A DNA stretch of 62,619 bases, filler included, from Basidiobolus meristosporus CBS 931.73 (taxonomy: Eukaryota; Fungi; Basidiobolomycota): the NCBI GenBank assembly GCA_002104905.1. It is 3 parts of 3 records of this genome, joined end to end, with 100 filler letters (N's around TTAATTAATTAA, not from the genome) between each part and the next. Parts side by side here need not be neighbours in the genome. Positions count along the whole stretch, not along the records: positions 48,825 to 62,619 come from MCFE01001194.1; 2 more parts are not named here. The stretch is one strand, 5' to 3'. Position numbers and translations under genes: made by a program. This document shows positions 49,481 through 61,419 of the stretch, piece by piece; the stretch's first letter is position 1, and every line of letters begins with the position of its first letter. A model generated the notes under the pieces. It had not been told where the DNA came from and made no database searches. It saw nothing but the letters and a program-made list of their open reading frames with translations.

Positions 49481-49694
49481 TTAGTTTTGCTGAGGCACAA
49501 TCTTAATTTTGTTGAAACAGACACTAAACCAAAAGGTTCAGTAATCTTCAACTATATTTTTCTGATCAAGTTAAATTAGTAAGTGCCAAGAGGCTGGACT
49601 AATTGAAATCTGCTGGGGTGTTGATAGGTACATAAGATAAATGCAAAATTGCATCATTAATTAGCTGATGTCTTGGCAGCTACCAAGTGGTTGG

Positions 49695-50143
49695 ATAGAT
49701 CTCAGATGACTAATCCTTTGGAAAGGCTTAGCAGATCAGTTAAGGATGTAATGATCACTTGAAAATTGATCAGGTGTGACAGCTAAAAATAGATTTGAGA
49801 AGTGATAAAATAAAGCATAACAGGGATTAGTTATGTTTAGGCTAGGGAAAATCAGTTAGGGTACTAGATTTTCTAACGGAGTGAAATTGGCCAAGTTTTA
49901 AATGTTGATGCACAACAGATAAAGCTCAGATGACTAATGACTTAGAAAAGCTTGGCAGATCAGTTGGAGATGTAATGACCACATGAGAAATGACTAGGTG
50001 TGACAGCTAAAAATAGATTGTGAGATTGGATAAAATAAACCATAACTTGGATTGGTTATGTTTAGGTCAGGGAGAATCAATTAGGGTACTAGATTTTCTA
50101 ACAGAGTAAAATTGACTAAGTTATAAATATTTATGCACAATGG
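49695..50143. repeat. Tandem duplication, period ~226 bp
   Basis: CTCAGATGACTAAT, AGGTGTGACAGCTAAAAATAGATT and TTAGGGTACTAGATTTTCTAAC each occur twice. Confidence 0.88.
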
Positions 50144-50564
50144 CTTGTGATTGCCTGGAGATCCCCATCAGTTCCCCCAGCCTACTGGCCATTCTGGCAA
50201 CAAATCAGCTACTTCAAATGAATACCTCTCACTTCCAATATACTCAGACTTTTGTATCTCATGCCTGGCTTCTTGGGAAACCTCTCACAGACCTAGCTAG
50301 CTAGGAGAAATAGCAGCTTTCAGCTTCTCAACTGTCAGACCAGGCTTACCAGAAAGATATCTTTTGGACCTAGTTTTCTATGATTAACTTCATATTAATG
50401 TGACTTCTTTACATACTTGTTGTAGGTAAATAAAGAAATCACCACCTGGTAATTTTCATCCCCCCTGCCTAACCGTAACTTCACCTGGTTCCTGCTGAAG
50501 AATTGTAGTTGGAGATCTAGATGTAAAGAAGTTTGATAAATACATCATGCAGTCAGGAAAGCCC

Positions 50565-50912
50565 AGTTGTAAAAATTTGTAAATCCACCTGAATGTTCAC
50601 CTAACTTAGTTACTTAGATCATTACCTTCAGATCCTAGAGAATACCAACCAAATTCCTTGTTGGGATTTACTTTGAATATTTTCACCAAAATAGAAGGTA
50701 CCCAGAACATGAAAATTCTCAAAGTTGTCCAAACAGCCCCAAGCTTTGCACACATGCTCTTGGGACCTTCTTTAACCTATTCTACATGTTTGTTATGCTA
50801 AGACCATGTAAAAGTATAAATACTACTTTTACATTCAACAATCATTAAATGAAAACCACATAATCTACTTGTCCTCCCAATGACTTCCAGTATCTCCAAG
50901 ACTCTCACAACA
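50565..50912 (+). mobile_element. Solo copia family A LTR with 5-bp TSD AGCCC
   Basis: AGCCC on both flanks (50560-50564 and 50913-50917). The body is collinear with 17276-17625. Confidence 0.92.
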
Positions 50913-51319
50913 AGCCCAAGCTGGCCTATAAAAATCCCTGGCAGATCTTTTTCAGCAATATCTGAAGCAGCACACTCCCTTTATGATGGATTCAGCCTAC
51001 ATCATGTTCCCCTTATAGATGTTGTTGACATGTCAATCTTATCTCACTTACCACCACCTTTCCCACTGAATAATGTCTTAAGCACTGAAGAGCCTTCATC
51101 TCTTATTAATTATCTACCAACTCCCCTCAGCCACACATTCTTATATCAAAGCTACAACAGTAGCACTGGCTTCTTTGTTTCAGCTAAAATAACGATCGCA
51201 CTTGTTGGGAACTGTCTCCCACCTAATTCTAACCCAGTAACCTAAACCTTACCCAATGGGGTTAATTTAGTTCTCACTATACAGCCTTACACTGGATATA
51301 ATCAAGAAGATGGGGTTAT

Positions 51320-51910
51320 TGATTGGGTATCTGCTAGTTCTCTTACTCTCCAATCCTGGACACTCAAACATCTCCTGTATTTAGCAGAAATGACAGAACC
51401 AATCAAAAGCTGCTTAGTGGTTGTTATGATGAAAAACTTGGGCAAAGTTTTTTGCAAAATCTGAGGTGAAGTTTTTTTCCAATAAGTGCTGCATGGTGTC
51501 TTAATGGCATCAATACCTCTTTGTCACAGGATTTAAATTTTGTGACAGCCTTTTGATTGATTCATTACAATTATTTTTTGTAGGGCAAGCACAGGCAAGA
51601 CTGCCTCTCTTCTTGTCAGACAATCCCTAATATCATTGATAGGGCGCCCTCTGAATATGTGCTCTCACACCACTTTGGCAGTCCTCTCTTCAGGCTGTTC
51701 TCTTTCAAAAAAGAGCTCCTCAGAAGATTACCAGTTGATCAAGGAATTTACCATTGCCCCAAATCACCAACTTCTTCAGGAAATACTATCATGAGCAAGG
51801 AGTGTTACTCCTTTCTCCACTTGATTTTAGTATTGAGGATGTCTGAGATTCAAAGAAGTCCATTTTCATCTTGTAATCTTGCACCTTCCCAGATATCAGA
51901 GGTCTGACTT
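51320..51910. repeat. Family R repeat, copy 4, with extra degraded sequence
   Basis: GAACCAATCAAAAGC, GTTATGATGAAA and GTGACAGCCTTTTGA match 7340-7500. Confidence 0.65.
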
Positions 51911-53738
51911 GGCTTCTTTATTTAAAATTTTAAATAAAGATCTCACCTTTTGATATTTGTCATCCCACTAAGTACATGGTTAGAATATTCACACTAGGTG
52001 CGATCTGGTGGGTTAACAGATACGGGTGGAGACCCATGACTTAAGGTACTTAACCCTCAAATAGCAAACCTCCCAGTCTAACTTCTTCTAGGCTTTGTTT
52101 GCGCATTGGCGTACACTTAGAGAAAGCTTAGGACTGCACTATGCGCCTGATAGTCTCAAAGAGCTAGCTGACTAAACTGAGGTAGCATGACACTAATCTT
52201 ATGGTCGGCCACAGAGATTAACATGGCGTAAAATTATGAACATGCTTCGATGGTTTATACTCGTGCCAACCAGGTAGTTATCTAGTCGCTAATGGATGTT
52301 TTTGTTGAGCCTTATCCTGCATTTATGCATTCTTTCATTCGTTAAGCCTTGTATGGGATTATGACTGAGCAAACGCAGGCAGTAATTGGAGTCCAGGCTC
52401 CACCCCCTTCCTCGCAAAGCTCTTTCTTTCTGTGATCTGGTTATGATCCACGTTCAGCAAGTACTTTGTTCTTTCACGCAGAACCCCGCTTGTGAAGCTT
52501 GCCGTGAGAGCAAATGATAAGGGCATGTTTGTCCCAAGGTCTGAGTCCATCCGAGGTTTCTACCCTGACGGCTATCGTGTTCAAAATATTGGCCCAGATA
52601 CGTTTGTTGGAAAATGCCCTCATATATTGCTCGGATAGGCGTCCTCCATTTGAATCAAGTCAAGTGCAGTCTTCAGCTACTATCATTCGTGTCAAAATGA
52701 AAGTATTCTATGAGGCAGTTAGGAAAGGAACCTTCATGAGTTGTTTGCCGCAGTAAGTCTATGAATCTTCACTACAACTAGCCCAAGTAGAATAATTCTC
52801 GATATCTCCAGGTAGAATAATTCTCGATATTTTTATCTTATACTTAATTATAGATGAACTACGTGTGTCAATTAGGCTTCTTTTCAAATGGAATTCTCAT
52901 ATATTTGGTTATCAAAACGACATCTGCCATTGCCTACACATCAATTAGAATATTCAAAATCAGCCATGAACTTCAAGACTTTCTTCCTGGCCACTCTCCT
53001 GACCATTCTCTGGGTCAGTTAAGCCTAAGCCGAATACTAACTAAATGATATTCTTTATTGGGGGCCGACATAATGCGCCATTACTCCTGAATTCTTCCTC
53101 GAACATTTACAAATATATGATCAATAACATCAGTACAACGATACTAACGTAAAGTTCTCAGAAAGCTTCTCTCTTGCTCATTTACGACTAACAATCGATA
53201 CTATGGACTGTACCATGTAAAATATCACTCAGGGTATTTCCACTTGTCTGTTTCGATAGTTAGAGCCATATATAATATCGCGTAATCTGAGGTCTGTTGG
53301 GACTAGAATTAGCCCTAAGCGACCCAACCAAGTAGCTTCTAAGCCCATCTTTTCCAACACACTACTCAGGGCTATTTCTCCGAGAGCCAAGCAGAACAAG
53401 GCAAGCTGCCAAGTAGCATTTCTACAAGGTTTAGCTTTTGTACATTGAGCATATTATTATGATCGATGAATGCTCTAAGGAAATGCTCAATACATATAAG
53501 GTAATCATGTCTGACATCTCTCAAAATCTTGAAGAACAAACAGTCGGCAATGAAGGCTTATCACGTCTATATTCAGAAATGAGCTACTAATTCAAGTATA
53601 ATTAACTGGATTTTGTTTGCAATACCCCAATGCTTCTGTTTCCTAAATTGGCTATATTCCTATCGGTCAATATTCTCAAATTTGTCACTTGGTTGAATTA
53701 AGCTTGGCTGAGAACTAATAAAAGCTGCCTCATCCTCC

Positions 53739-55358
53739 ATGCTGTTTCCTCAGAAATTCCCCACAACAACTATGAGCGAAGAAAAACCCTTCGAAAAGTC
53801 TACCCAAGTGGAGCACATCGATGCTGCACAAGATGATCCTCCCAACTCCGATGACATCAAGCTACGCGTTGCTGGAAAGGTCCCCCTCGCGGCCTGGTTC
53901 ATCATCATCACCGAGCTGTGCGAGCGCTTTGCCTTCTACGGTGCCTCGCTTCTGTTCCAGCCCTACATGCTCAAGGTTCTTGGCTTCAACAAGAGCACTG
54001 CCACCGCCGTGAACAGAGGCTTCCAGTTTCTGGCCTATTGCACCACTATTCTTGGTGCCGTCGTTGCCGACCGCTACATCGGAAAGTTCAAGACCATCGT
54101 CATATTCTCCCTCTTCTACATGGTGGGCTTGGTGTTCCTGGCAGTCAGCTCCCTCCCAACCTCTCTGGATGGAAGCTTCGGTGTGATCGGTTTCGTGATT
54201 GCCCTGTATGTCTTCATCTCCTTCGGCACCGGCGGCATCAAGTCCAATGTTTCCTCCTTTGCCGCTGAGCAGATCAAGGAAGGAATCTTCCCAACCAAGA
54301 CCCCCGGCGTCTACACCGACTCACAACTCACTGTTGAGCGCATCTTCCGCTTCTTCTACTGGGCCATCAACTGTGGCGCCTTGCTGGGCCAGTTCATCTG
54401 TCCCATCGTTGCCAACGACTACGGATCCTATCCCCTGGCCTACTCGCTGCCAGCGATCATGTTCGTGATTGGCCTCGTGATCTTCGTGTCCGCCAAAAAG
54501 CTGTACTATGTCAAGCCTCCATCCGGCACTGTCCTCTCGAAGACATACTCCTGCATCAAGTATGCTCTGTCCCATCGCAAGGCCCCGTTGGACAATGCCA
54601 AGACCAATGGGCCCATCGAGCACTGGCTGGACTACGCCAAGGTGGATGGCTTTGAGTGGGACGATCAGTTCATCGAGGATCTCAAGAAAACCCTGCGCGC
54701 CTGCTTGGTGTTCCTGTTCTATCCCTTCTACTGGGCTCTGTACTACAACATGTCCGACAACTTCATCAACATGGGACTGACGATGCAAAGACCATCGTTC
54801 ATCAGTGGTCCCGAGCAGCTGAACCTGGTCAACAGCCTTGTCCTGGTAGTTGCCATCCCTATCTTTGACACGGCCATCTTCCCATTGCTGAGAAGAATGG
54901 GCTGCCGTCTTGGTCCCATCACACGCATCACCATCGGGTTCACAATTGCCACGCTTGCCTTTGTCTATGTCACCGTTCTCCAAGCACAGGTCTACAAGAC
55001 CGGTCCCTACTACAACTTCACCGATTTGAGTGGCCTGCCCGAGGGTGAGCAACCAGTCAACGACATCTCCATCTGGTGGCAAGTGATCCCGTTCATTGGA
55101 ATCTCCATCTCCGAGATCTTCGCCTCAGTCACCGGCCTGGAGTTCGCCTTCCGACAAGCCGCCCCCGAGCTCAAGTCGGTGGTGACCTCTCTTTTCCTGT
55201 TCACCAACTGTGGTGGCAGTCTGATTGGCCTGATCCTTGCAGTGTGGAGCAACGACCCCAACTTTGTGTACGTGTTCGGCATCCAAACCGGACTGATGGG
55301 AGTCATGACTGTCATCTTCTACTGGATCTTCCGGAAGTTTGATGCCATTGAGTGTTGA
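53739..55358 (+). CDS. PTR2: POT/PTR family di/tripeptide:H+ symporter, copy 1 (intronless, 539 aa)
   Basis: ExxERFxFY motif (ELCERFAFYG), VADRYIGKFKTI, GTGGIKSNVSSFAAEQ, FYWAINCG and SEIFASVTGLEFAF. Confidence 0.96.
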   Translation: MLFPQKFPTTTMSEEKPFEKSTQVEHIDAAQDDPPNSDDIKLRVAGKVPLAAWFIIITELCERFAFYGASLLFQPYMLKVLGFNKSTATAVNRGFQFLAYCTTILGAVVADRYIGKFKTIVIFSLFYMVGLVFLAVSSLPTSLDGSFGVIGFVIALYVFISFGTGGIKSNVSSFAAEQIKEGIFPTKTPGVYTDSQLTVERIFRFFYWAINCGALLGQFICPIVANDYGSYPLAYSLPAIMFVIGLVIFVSAKKLYYVKPPSGTVLSKTYSCIKYALSHRKAPLDNAKTNGPIEHWLDYAKVDGFEWDDQFIEDLKKTLRACLVFLFYPFYWALYYNMSDNFINMGLTMQRPSFISGPEQLNLVNSLVLVVAIPIFDTAIFPLLRRMGCRLGPITRITIGFTIATLAFVYVTVLQAQVYKTGPYYNFTDLSGLPEGEQPVNDISIWWQVIPFIGISISEIFASVTGLEFAFRQAAPELKSVVTSLFLFTNCGGSLIGLILAVWSNDPNFVYVFGIQTGLMGVMTVIFYWIFRKFDAIEC

Positions 55359-57136
55359 TAGGAGGTGCCAGAAGGTATCTACCTGATTGTAAAATTAGTA
55401 TACATAGGATGTAAAATAAAAGCAAAAGCAGTTCGTTTAATCTTGAGTGATTTCTATCATAGTTTGATAGTGTTAATGTTGTCATTAAAAATTTCGCCAT
55501 TGTGCTGGTAGTCTGTCAAGAATCGTATTCGTTGGAGTATCTACTCACTAAATTTCTGTAGCAAGTAGCCATCAATCGCACTTCGTGCCAACTATTGCCC
55601 TTCGAAATACTTGGAGCAATCATGTGTACCTATTGCTTTAGGATGTTGCAAAATAAATACTGAATGCCAAATTTTCCAACTTTTTGATTTTTTGAGGATC
55701 AAAATTGAGTAAACGAAGTTGTTGAGAAACTAAAAGCAGGTTCGCCGTCCATATTTGGATTCATGATTACTAGTGGTAAATAGGAAAATGCGGATCATAT
55801 GCAATGCCAAAATAAAATGTCACGATGTCTGTATACGCAACGTCTCTAGGATAAAGTAGTCCTTGCAATTAGAGTCGTATAAAAATGCGGATATTGATCT
55901 ATAAACTAGATACACGAGCTGCAGAACCTGTGGATACTTCAAGTTTTTACTTCCATTCATGCTATTTCATGACTCTATGTTTGCGCAATATTGACGGTGA
56001 AATCTTGGCACATTGGCAGCAGCACTTGTGCATATAAAATAGCATGATATCAGCAATAGATTATTTTGAAGCTACTCAACTATTGTATCCAATAGAGGTG
56101 TTTTCGATCAGATTTGGCTATCATTACATGTAGCAATTTCACTACTTATCCATTCTTTGTAGCAAAGCAGAAGAGATCCCTGATGGGTCAGCCAAGATAA
56201 TGTACCATCACTTCAGAACTGTTTATCTTATGATCAATACTTGTGTACCATCTCATCTATGGCTGATAATCGATACTATGTAGTATTGAACTATATCTCG
56301 TACAATAGAATCCCTTATGATATACATTTAACATTCTGCTTGACTATAAGCACGATCTACTTTTTGATTCCCTTGCACACTTTCAACTCAACTTGCAGCG
56401 CACAAACCCTCAGAAATATGATCTGTATTATTGGGATTAACGCAAGAAGTGTACTTCAGTTATGTATGGGAATGATTTCTTGCTGACAAGGAAGCATCAA
56501 ATAAAGATGATCTACAACTTAATGAGATATGTGGTGTTTAGGGTTAGCCTTCTTTACTATTAATTGAATAACTTGGTTGGTAGTGCATACTAAATATGCT
56601 ACTCAATTTGTAATAATGATATCCAAAACTATCTGAGAGCTGCTTGACGATAAAGGACGAACCCAATATCTGGAGCTGTCAGCATTGGACCGAATAGGAA
56701 ATCACAAAATGACAATTTGTAGTGTTGGGCTGTAATCTATCACAATGGGTAAGAAAAACCCTGAGAACATATTTGGTAATCATGTCTGACATCTCCCTCA
56801 ATCTTGATTCGATACCCTCAAATACTCTTCTCTTTACCATATCAAAACTGAGCTTCATTATTATTACTATTGCTATACATGATTCCTATATCAGAGTGTT
56901 GGTATAACGATCCTTCAGAAATAGTTAGCTTGTATTAGATAGTAACATTACAATTCACAGGGTGGCCACAGGTGATGCACTACATTCCGAAACCCTCCTT
57001 TTCAAAAAATTTCAACACTGGTGCATTGGGATTAATTGTCACGCAAAAGTCTACTTATTCATTTATTAGGTATACTTCACGTATGCATGCAAAAGTATAA
57101 TCTTGGTATAAGAGATACGCAATCAATGGTATGGAA

Positions 57137-58444
57137 TCAATTCGTGTTCGCATGTGTGAAACGAGTAGTGGCGAAACCTAAGCATAACGAATATTAGCAC
57201 AAAGAAAACGAGGGCCTCCGTAAGCTATCAACTTACCAACTCTCTTGTTATCTGCGTCGTATACACTATAGAACCTCTCCAGGAACGTCAGCCCCAAAAT
57301 GAAATCTAAGCCTGCACCTGAGTTCGAACCTAAATCACCAAATGCAAGATAGATACCCCCAGCCTCTCCACCGATTTGAGTGTTTAATGCCCGAGGAAAT
57401 ATGCAGGCATTTGCAGTGAGCTCTAGTGTAGTGCCTCCAATGGTAATGAAAAGCGACTTCAGTTTGGCGAATTGGGCTGAAGTAAGCTTGGGCAACCCAG
57501 TAGCTTTATCAATCACCGCCCCTGTTGCTTTCAAGTATTTTTGGAATGCGTCTGTTGGCAGTAAGAGTAACGTTGTGCCTGAATCAACGGATCCGGCGGT
57601 AGTTGACAAGATAGGCTCAGAAGCACCATATCGGAAGGACCCGTCAACACCCCAAAAATCCCTTGCCGGAGATGTTGCAGTGATAGGAGCATAAGCAATG
57701 CTGCCAGTGTATTTGGTCGAATCCGTGCCACCAAACGTAATCTCACCATTCGTGGAAGTCAGCGAAGTAGATGGCTCAAATGAGAGGCTAAAAACATTGC
57801 TAGGGATTGTACCTTGTGAAAACAGGTTGTCCACAACGGTAGGGACTGTGGAGCCAGTGCTGGGAGATAACGTGCCAAGGGTTAGATCAACTGGACCTAA
57901 ACCGAGTATCCCGTCGCAGTCGGTAAACCCTTGAGATGAGGAAGCTACCCCAATTGATTGAGATTGAACCACCAATCCAGGCGAAATCGTCACCGTGTCG
58001 CTGAACTCGGTTCCCGAGAATGAACCACTTCCATAAGTGACGGAAACCGAATCTGCAGTCTGGGTGGAGGTGCTGGTATGAACGTAGGCCTTCTGTGCTC
58101 CTACCCATGTATTGGCAGAGTTGGTATCGATCAGAAGATCATAGGAAGTAGGTGGAGTTCCGATCCCAATGGAGGCGGTATACTGTGTATATATAGGTAT
58201 GCTTCATTACTATTCAGAATCGACGATATAGTGGAATGAAAAAAGTAGTTACATGGACCACATTACTTTGAGCTGGGATGCTTCCTACTGCTCTAGCATA
58301 CACACTTCTACGCGATATACTGGACGCATGGGCAAATGAACGACGAATCGGAAGTGTATAAACTTCGTTTCCACGAGGAAGAACGGCACCAAAGGTTGGG
58401 TGAACAATAGCAACTGCAATGAAAAGGGTGATTAATCTAGCCAT
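57137..58444 (-). CDS. Secreted pepsin-like (A1) aspartic protease, polyporopepsin-like, 3 exons, first catalytic motif DTN
   Basis: Exons 58444-58253, 58182-57237 and 57177-57137 joined by GT-AG introns. Signal peptide MARLITLFIAVAIV, LLIDTNSANTWVGA, YGSGSFSGTEFSD, DGILGLGP, VDSGTTL and FLERFYSVYD...RVGFATT. Confidence 0.92.
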
Positions 58445-59260
58445 AGTTGCTCCAATAGTGCCGTACTTACCGCCTGAAGAACGAAGGCCGCCAAATATAA
58501 AGGGCTCGGAGTGATACGAAAATGCAGGGGAAGCAGCCAGCCCAACAAAGTAATAATGCCGCGTGCTATTCCAGAAGAGAATTTCCCTCCACATAATAAG
58601 CAATTAATTCCGAGCATATGGGAGTGGATGTTACATTAATAATATATATAATAATGCACTTATCCTTCCGACCAAGCTTGGAGAGATGTACAATATGGTT
58701 AAGCTACATATGTAGTGAGAGAGTGACTTTTATATCTTTAGAGTAGCAGTCAATTAGCCTTTAGTTATAAAATTAGAATAGAAATCACTGGATTTGAAGT
58801 ACCACCAATTACTTACAATAAGCTCCATGGCCAAGCTGCTGGGTAATATTGCTGCTAATTTGGCCTTGCCCCGTGTGCTTACAAAACAACTATCAAAGCT
58901 TTCCGATGTCGTTGCCTAGAGGGCATGATTGGTTGTTATCTGTATTTGGATGGGGTTAGGGGTCAGGATTGGAATATGGCCAAGATCTCAAACCGATAAT
59001 TACTCTAGGCAAATGCTCAGTACATAAAAGGTTAAATGATTGGCAAATCTTGATAAGTAAACAGATGACTAAAAATTGATTCAGGTTAACTATCTTCTGA
59101 AAGAGCTACCTATTTAAGTATAATTGATTGGATTTTGCTTGAAATAAATCAGTGGGTCAACTACCTAAATTGGCTATATCCCTATCTGTCAATATTCTCA
59201 AATCTGTCACTTGGTTGAATTAAGCTTGGCTGAGAACTAATAAAAGCTGCCTCATCCTCC

Positions 59261-60880
59261 ATGCTGTTTCCTCAGAAATTCCCCACAACAACTATGAGCG
59301 AAGAAAAACCCTTCGAAAAGTCTACCCAAGTGGAGCACATCGATGCTGCACAAGATAATCCTCCCAACTCCGATGACATCAAGCTACGCGTTGCTGGAAA
59401 GGTCCCCCTCGCGGCCTGGTTCATCATCATCACCGAGCTGTGCGAGCGCTTTGCCTTCTACGGTGCCTCGCTTCTGTTCCAGCCCTACATGCTCAAGGTT
59501 CTTGGCTTCAACAAGAGCACTGCCACCGCCGTGAACAGAGGCTTCCAGTTTCTGGCCTATTGCACCACTATTCTTGGTGCCGTCGTTGCTGACCGCTACA
59601 TCGGAAAGTTCAAGACCATCGTCATATTCTCCCTCTTCTACATGGTGGGCTTGGTGTTCCTGGCAGTCAGCTCCCTCCCAGCCTCTCTGGATGGAAGCTT
59701 CGGTGTGATCGGCTTCGTGATTGCCCTGTATGTCTTCATCTCCTTCGGCACCGGCGGCATCAAGTCCAATGTTTCCTCCTTTGCCGCTGAGCAGATCAAG
59801 GAAGGAATCTTCCCGACCAAGACCCCTGGTGTCTACACCGACTCGCAGCTCACCGTTGAGCGCATCTTCCGCTTCTTCTACTGGGCCATCAACTGTGGCG
59901 CCTTGTTGGGCCAGTTCATCTGTCCCATCGTTGCCAACGACTACGGATCCTATCCCCTGGCCTACTCACTGCCAGCGATCATGTTCGTGATTGGCCTCGT
60001 GATCTTCGTGTCCGCCAAAAAGCTGTACTATGTCAAGCCTCCATCCGGCACTGTCCTCTCGAAGACCTACTCCTGCATCAAGTATGCTCTGTCCCATCGC
60101 AAGACCCCGTTGGACAATGCCAAGACCAATGGGCCTATCGAGCACTGGTTGGACTACGCCAAGGTGGATGGCTTTGAGTGGGACGATCAGTTCATCGAGG
60201 ATCTCAAGAAAACCCTGCGCGCTTGCTTGGTCTTCCTGTTCTATCCCTTCTACTGGGCTCTGTACTACAACATGTCCGACAACTTCATCAACATGGGACT
60301 GACGATGCAAAGACCATCGTTCATCAGTGGGCCCGAGCAGCTGAACCTGGTCAACAGCCTTGTCCTGGTAGTTGCCATCCCTATCTTTGACACGGCCATC
60401 TTCCCATTGCTGAGAAGAATGGGCTGCCGTCTTGGTCCCATCACACGCATCACCATCGGGTTCACAATTGCCACACTTGCCTTTGTCTATGTCACCGTTC
60501 TCCAAGCACAGGTCTACAAGACCGGTCCCTACTACAACTTCACCGATTTGAGTGGCCTGCCCGAGGGTGAGCAACCAGTCAACGACATCTCCATCTGGTG
60601 GCAAGTGATCCCGTTCATTGGAATCTCCATCTCCGAGATCTTCGCCTCAGTCACCGGTCTGGAGTTTGCCTTCCGACAAGCCGCCCCCGAGCTCAAGTCG
60701 GTGGTGACCTCTCTTTTCCTGTTCACCAACTGTGGCGGTAGTCTGATTGGCCTGATCCTTGCAGTGTGGAGCAACGACCCCAACTTTGTGTACGTGTTCG
60801 GCATCCAAACCGGACTGATGGGAGTCATGACTGTCATCTTCTACTGGATCTTCCGGAAGTTTGATGCCATCGAGTGTTGA
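59261..60880 (+). CDS. PTR2: POT/PTR family peptide transporter, copy 2 (539 aa)
   Basis: Near-identical to 53739-55358. I could spot three amino-acid differences (D/N, T/A, A/T). Confidence 0.96.
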   Translation: MLFPQKFPTTTMSEEKPFEKSTQVEHIDAAQDNPPNSDDIKLRVAGKVPLAAWFIIITELCERFAFYGASLLFQPYMLKVLGFNKSTATAVNRGFQFLAYCTTILGAVVADRYIGKFKTIVIFSLFYMVGLVFLAVSSLPASLDGSFGVIGFVIALYVFISFGTGGIKSNVSSFAAEQIKEGIFPTKTPGVYTDSQLTVERIFRFFYWAINCGALLGQFICPIVANDYGSYPLAYSLPAIMFVIGLVIFVSAKKLYYVKPPSGTVLSKTYSCIKYALSHRKTPLDNAKTNGPIEHWLDYAKVDGFEWDDQFIEDLKKTLRACLVFLFYPFYWALYYNMSDNFINMGLTMQRPSFISGPEQLNLVNSLVLVVAIPIFDTAIFPLLRRMGCRLGPITRITIGFTIATLAFVYVTVLQAQVYKTGPYYNFTDLSGLPEGEQPVNDISIWWQVIPFIGISISEIFASVTGLEFAFRQAAPELKSVVTSLFLFTNCGGSLIGLILAVWSNDPNFVYVFGIQTGLMGVMTVIFYWIFRKFDAIEC

Positions 60881-61419
60881 TAGGAAGTGCCAGAAGGTGT
60901 TCACCTGATTGTAACATTAGTATACATAGGATGTAAAATAAAAGCAATAGCGTTTCAATTATTCGTGAGTATTTACTTGGTAATATCGCTGGCATTCAGA
61001 ATTTCAGGGATGTGCTTTGAATATTTCAGCAGTATGTAGCAGAGTTGAGTGCAAATATATTATATATGTATATTAGATTTCAACATATACCTCTAATAAA
61101 TAGCTACTTTCCACTGCGTTGCTCAACACGATTGGGTGGTTTATTTGTTAAATTCTCTGAGCTTTGTAAAACCAAGGATGGTTTTGGTCTACTAGAGAGA
61201 AAACTAAAATATAGGAATTAATTGATTCCAGGACCACAACTTCAATATGGCAATCTCAAGAAATAAGCAGTAATAAGGAACCTCGAAAATTCGGTATAAT
61301 TTCCATGATATTGGTCACCTATTTACTTACCATAAAGATGCTATCGTTCTTGCTTAATTCCCATAAACATTCAACGATTCCTTTCTTACGAAAGGTTTTT
61401 ACACGCGAAATAAATACGT

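Noticed and set aside
52482-52540. Possible Zn2Cys6 transcription-factor relic (NPACEACRESK**GHVCP) after an intron-like acceptor
   Set aside because: Only three Cys are visible, the third ligand position is Gly, there are two stops, and no downstream domain is recognisable. Too weak to call.
58445-59260. About five GATA (HGATAR) motifs in the protease/PTR intergenic region, suggesting nitrogen regulation
   Set aside because: A rough expectation for 816 bp of AT-rich DNA is about four, so there is no evident enrichment.
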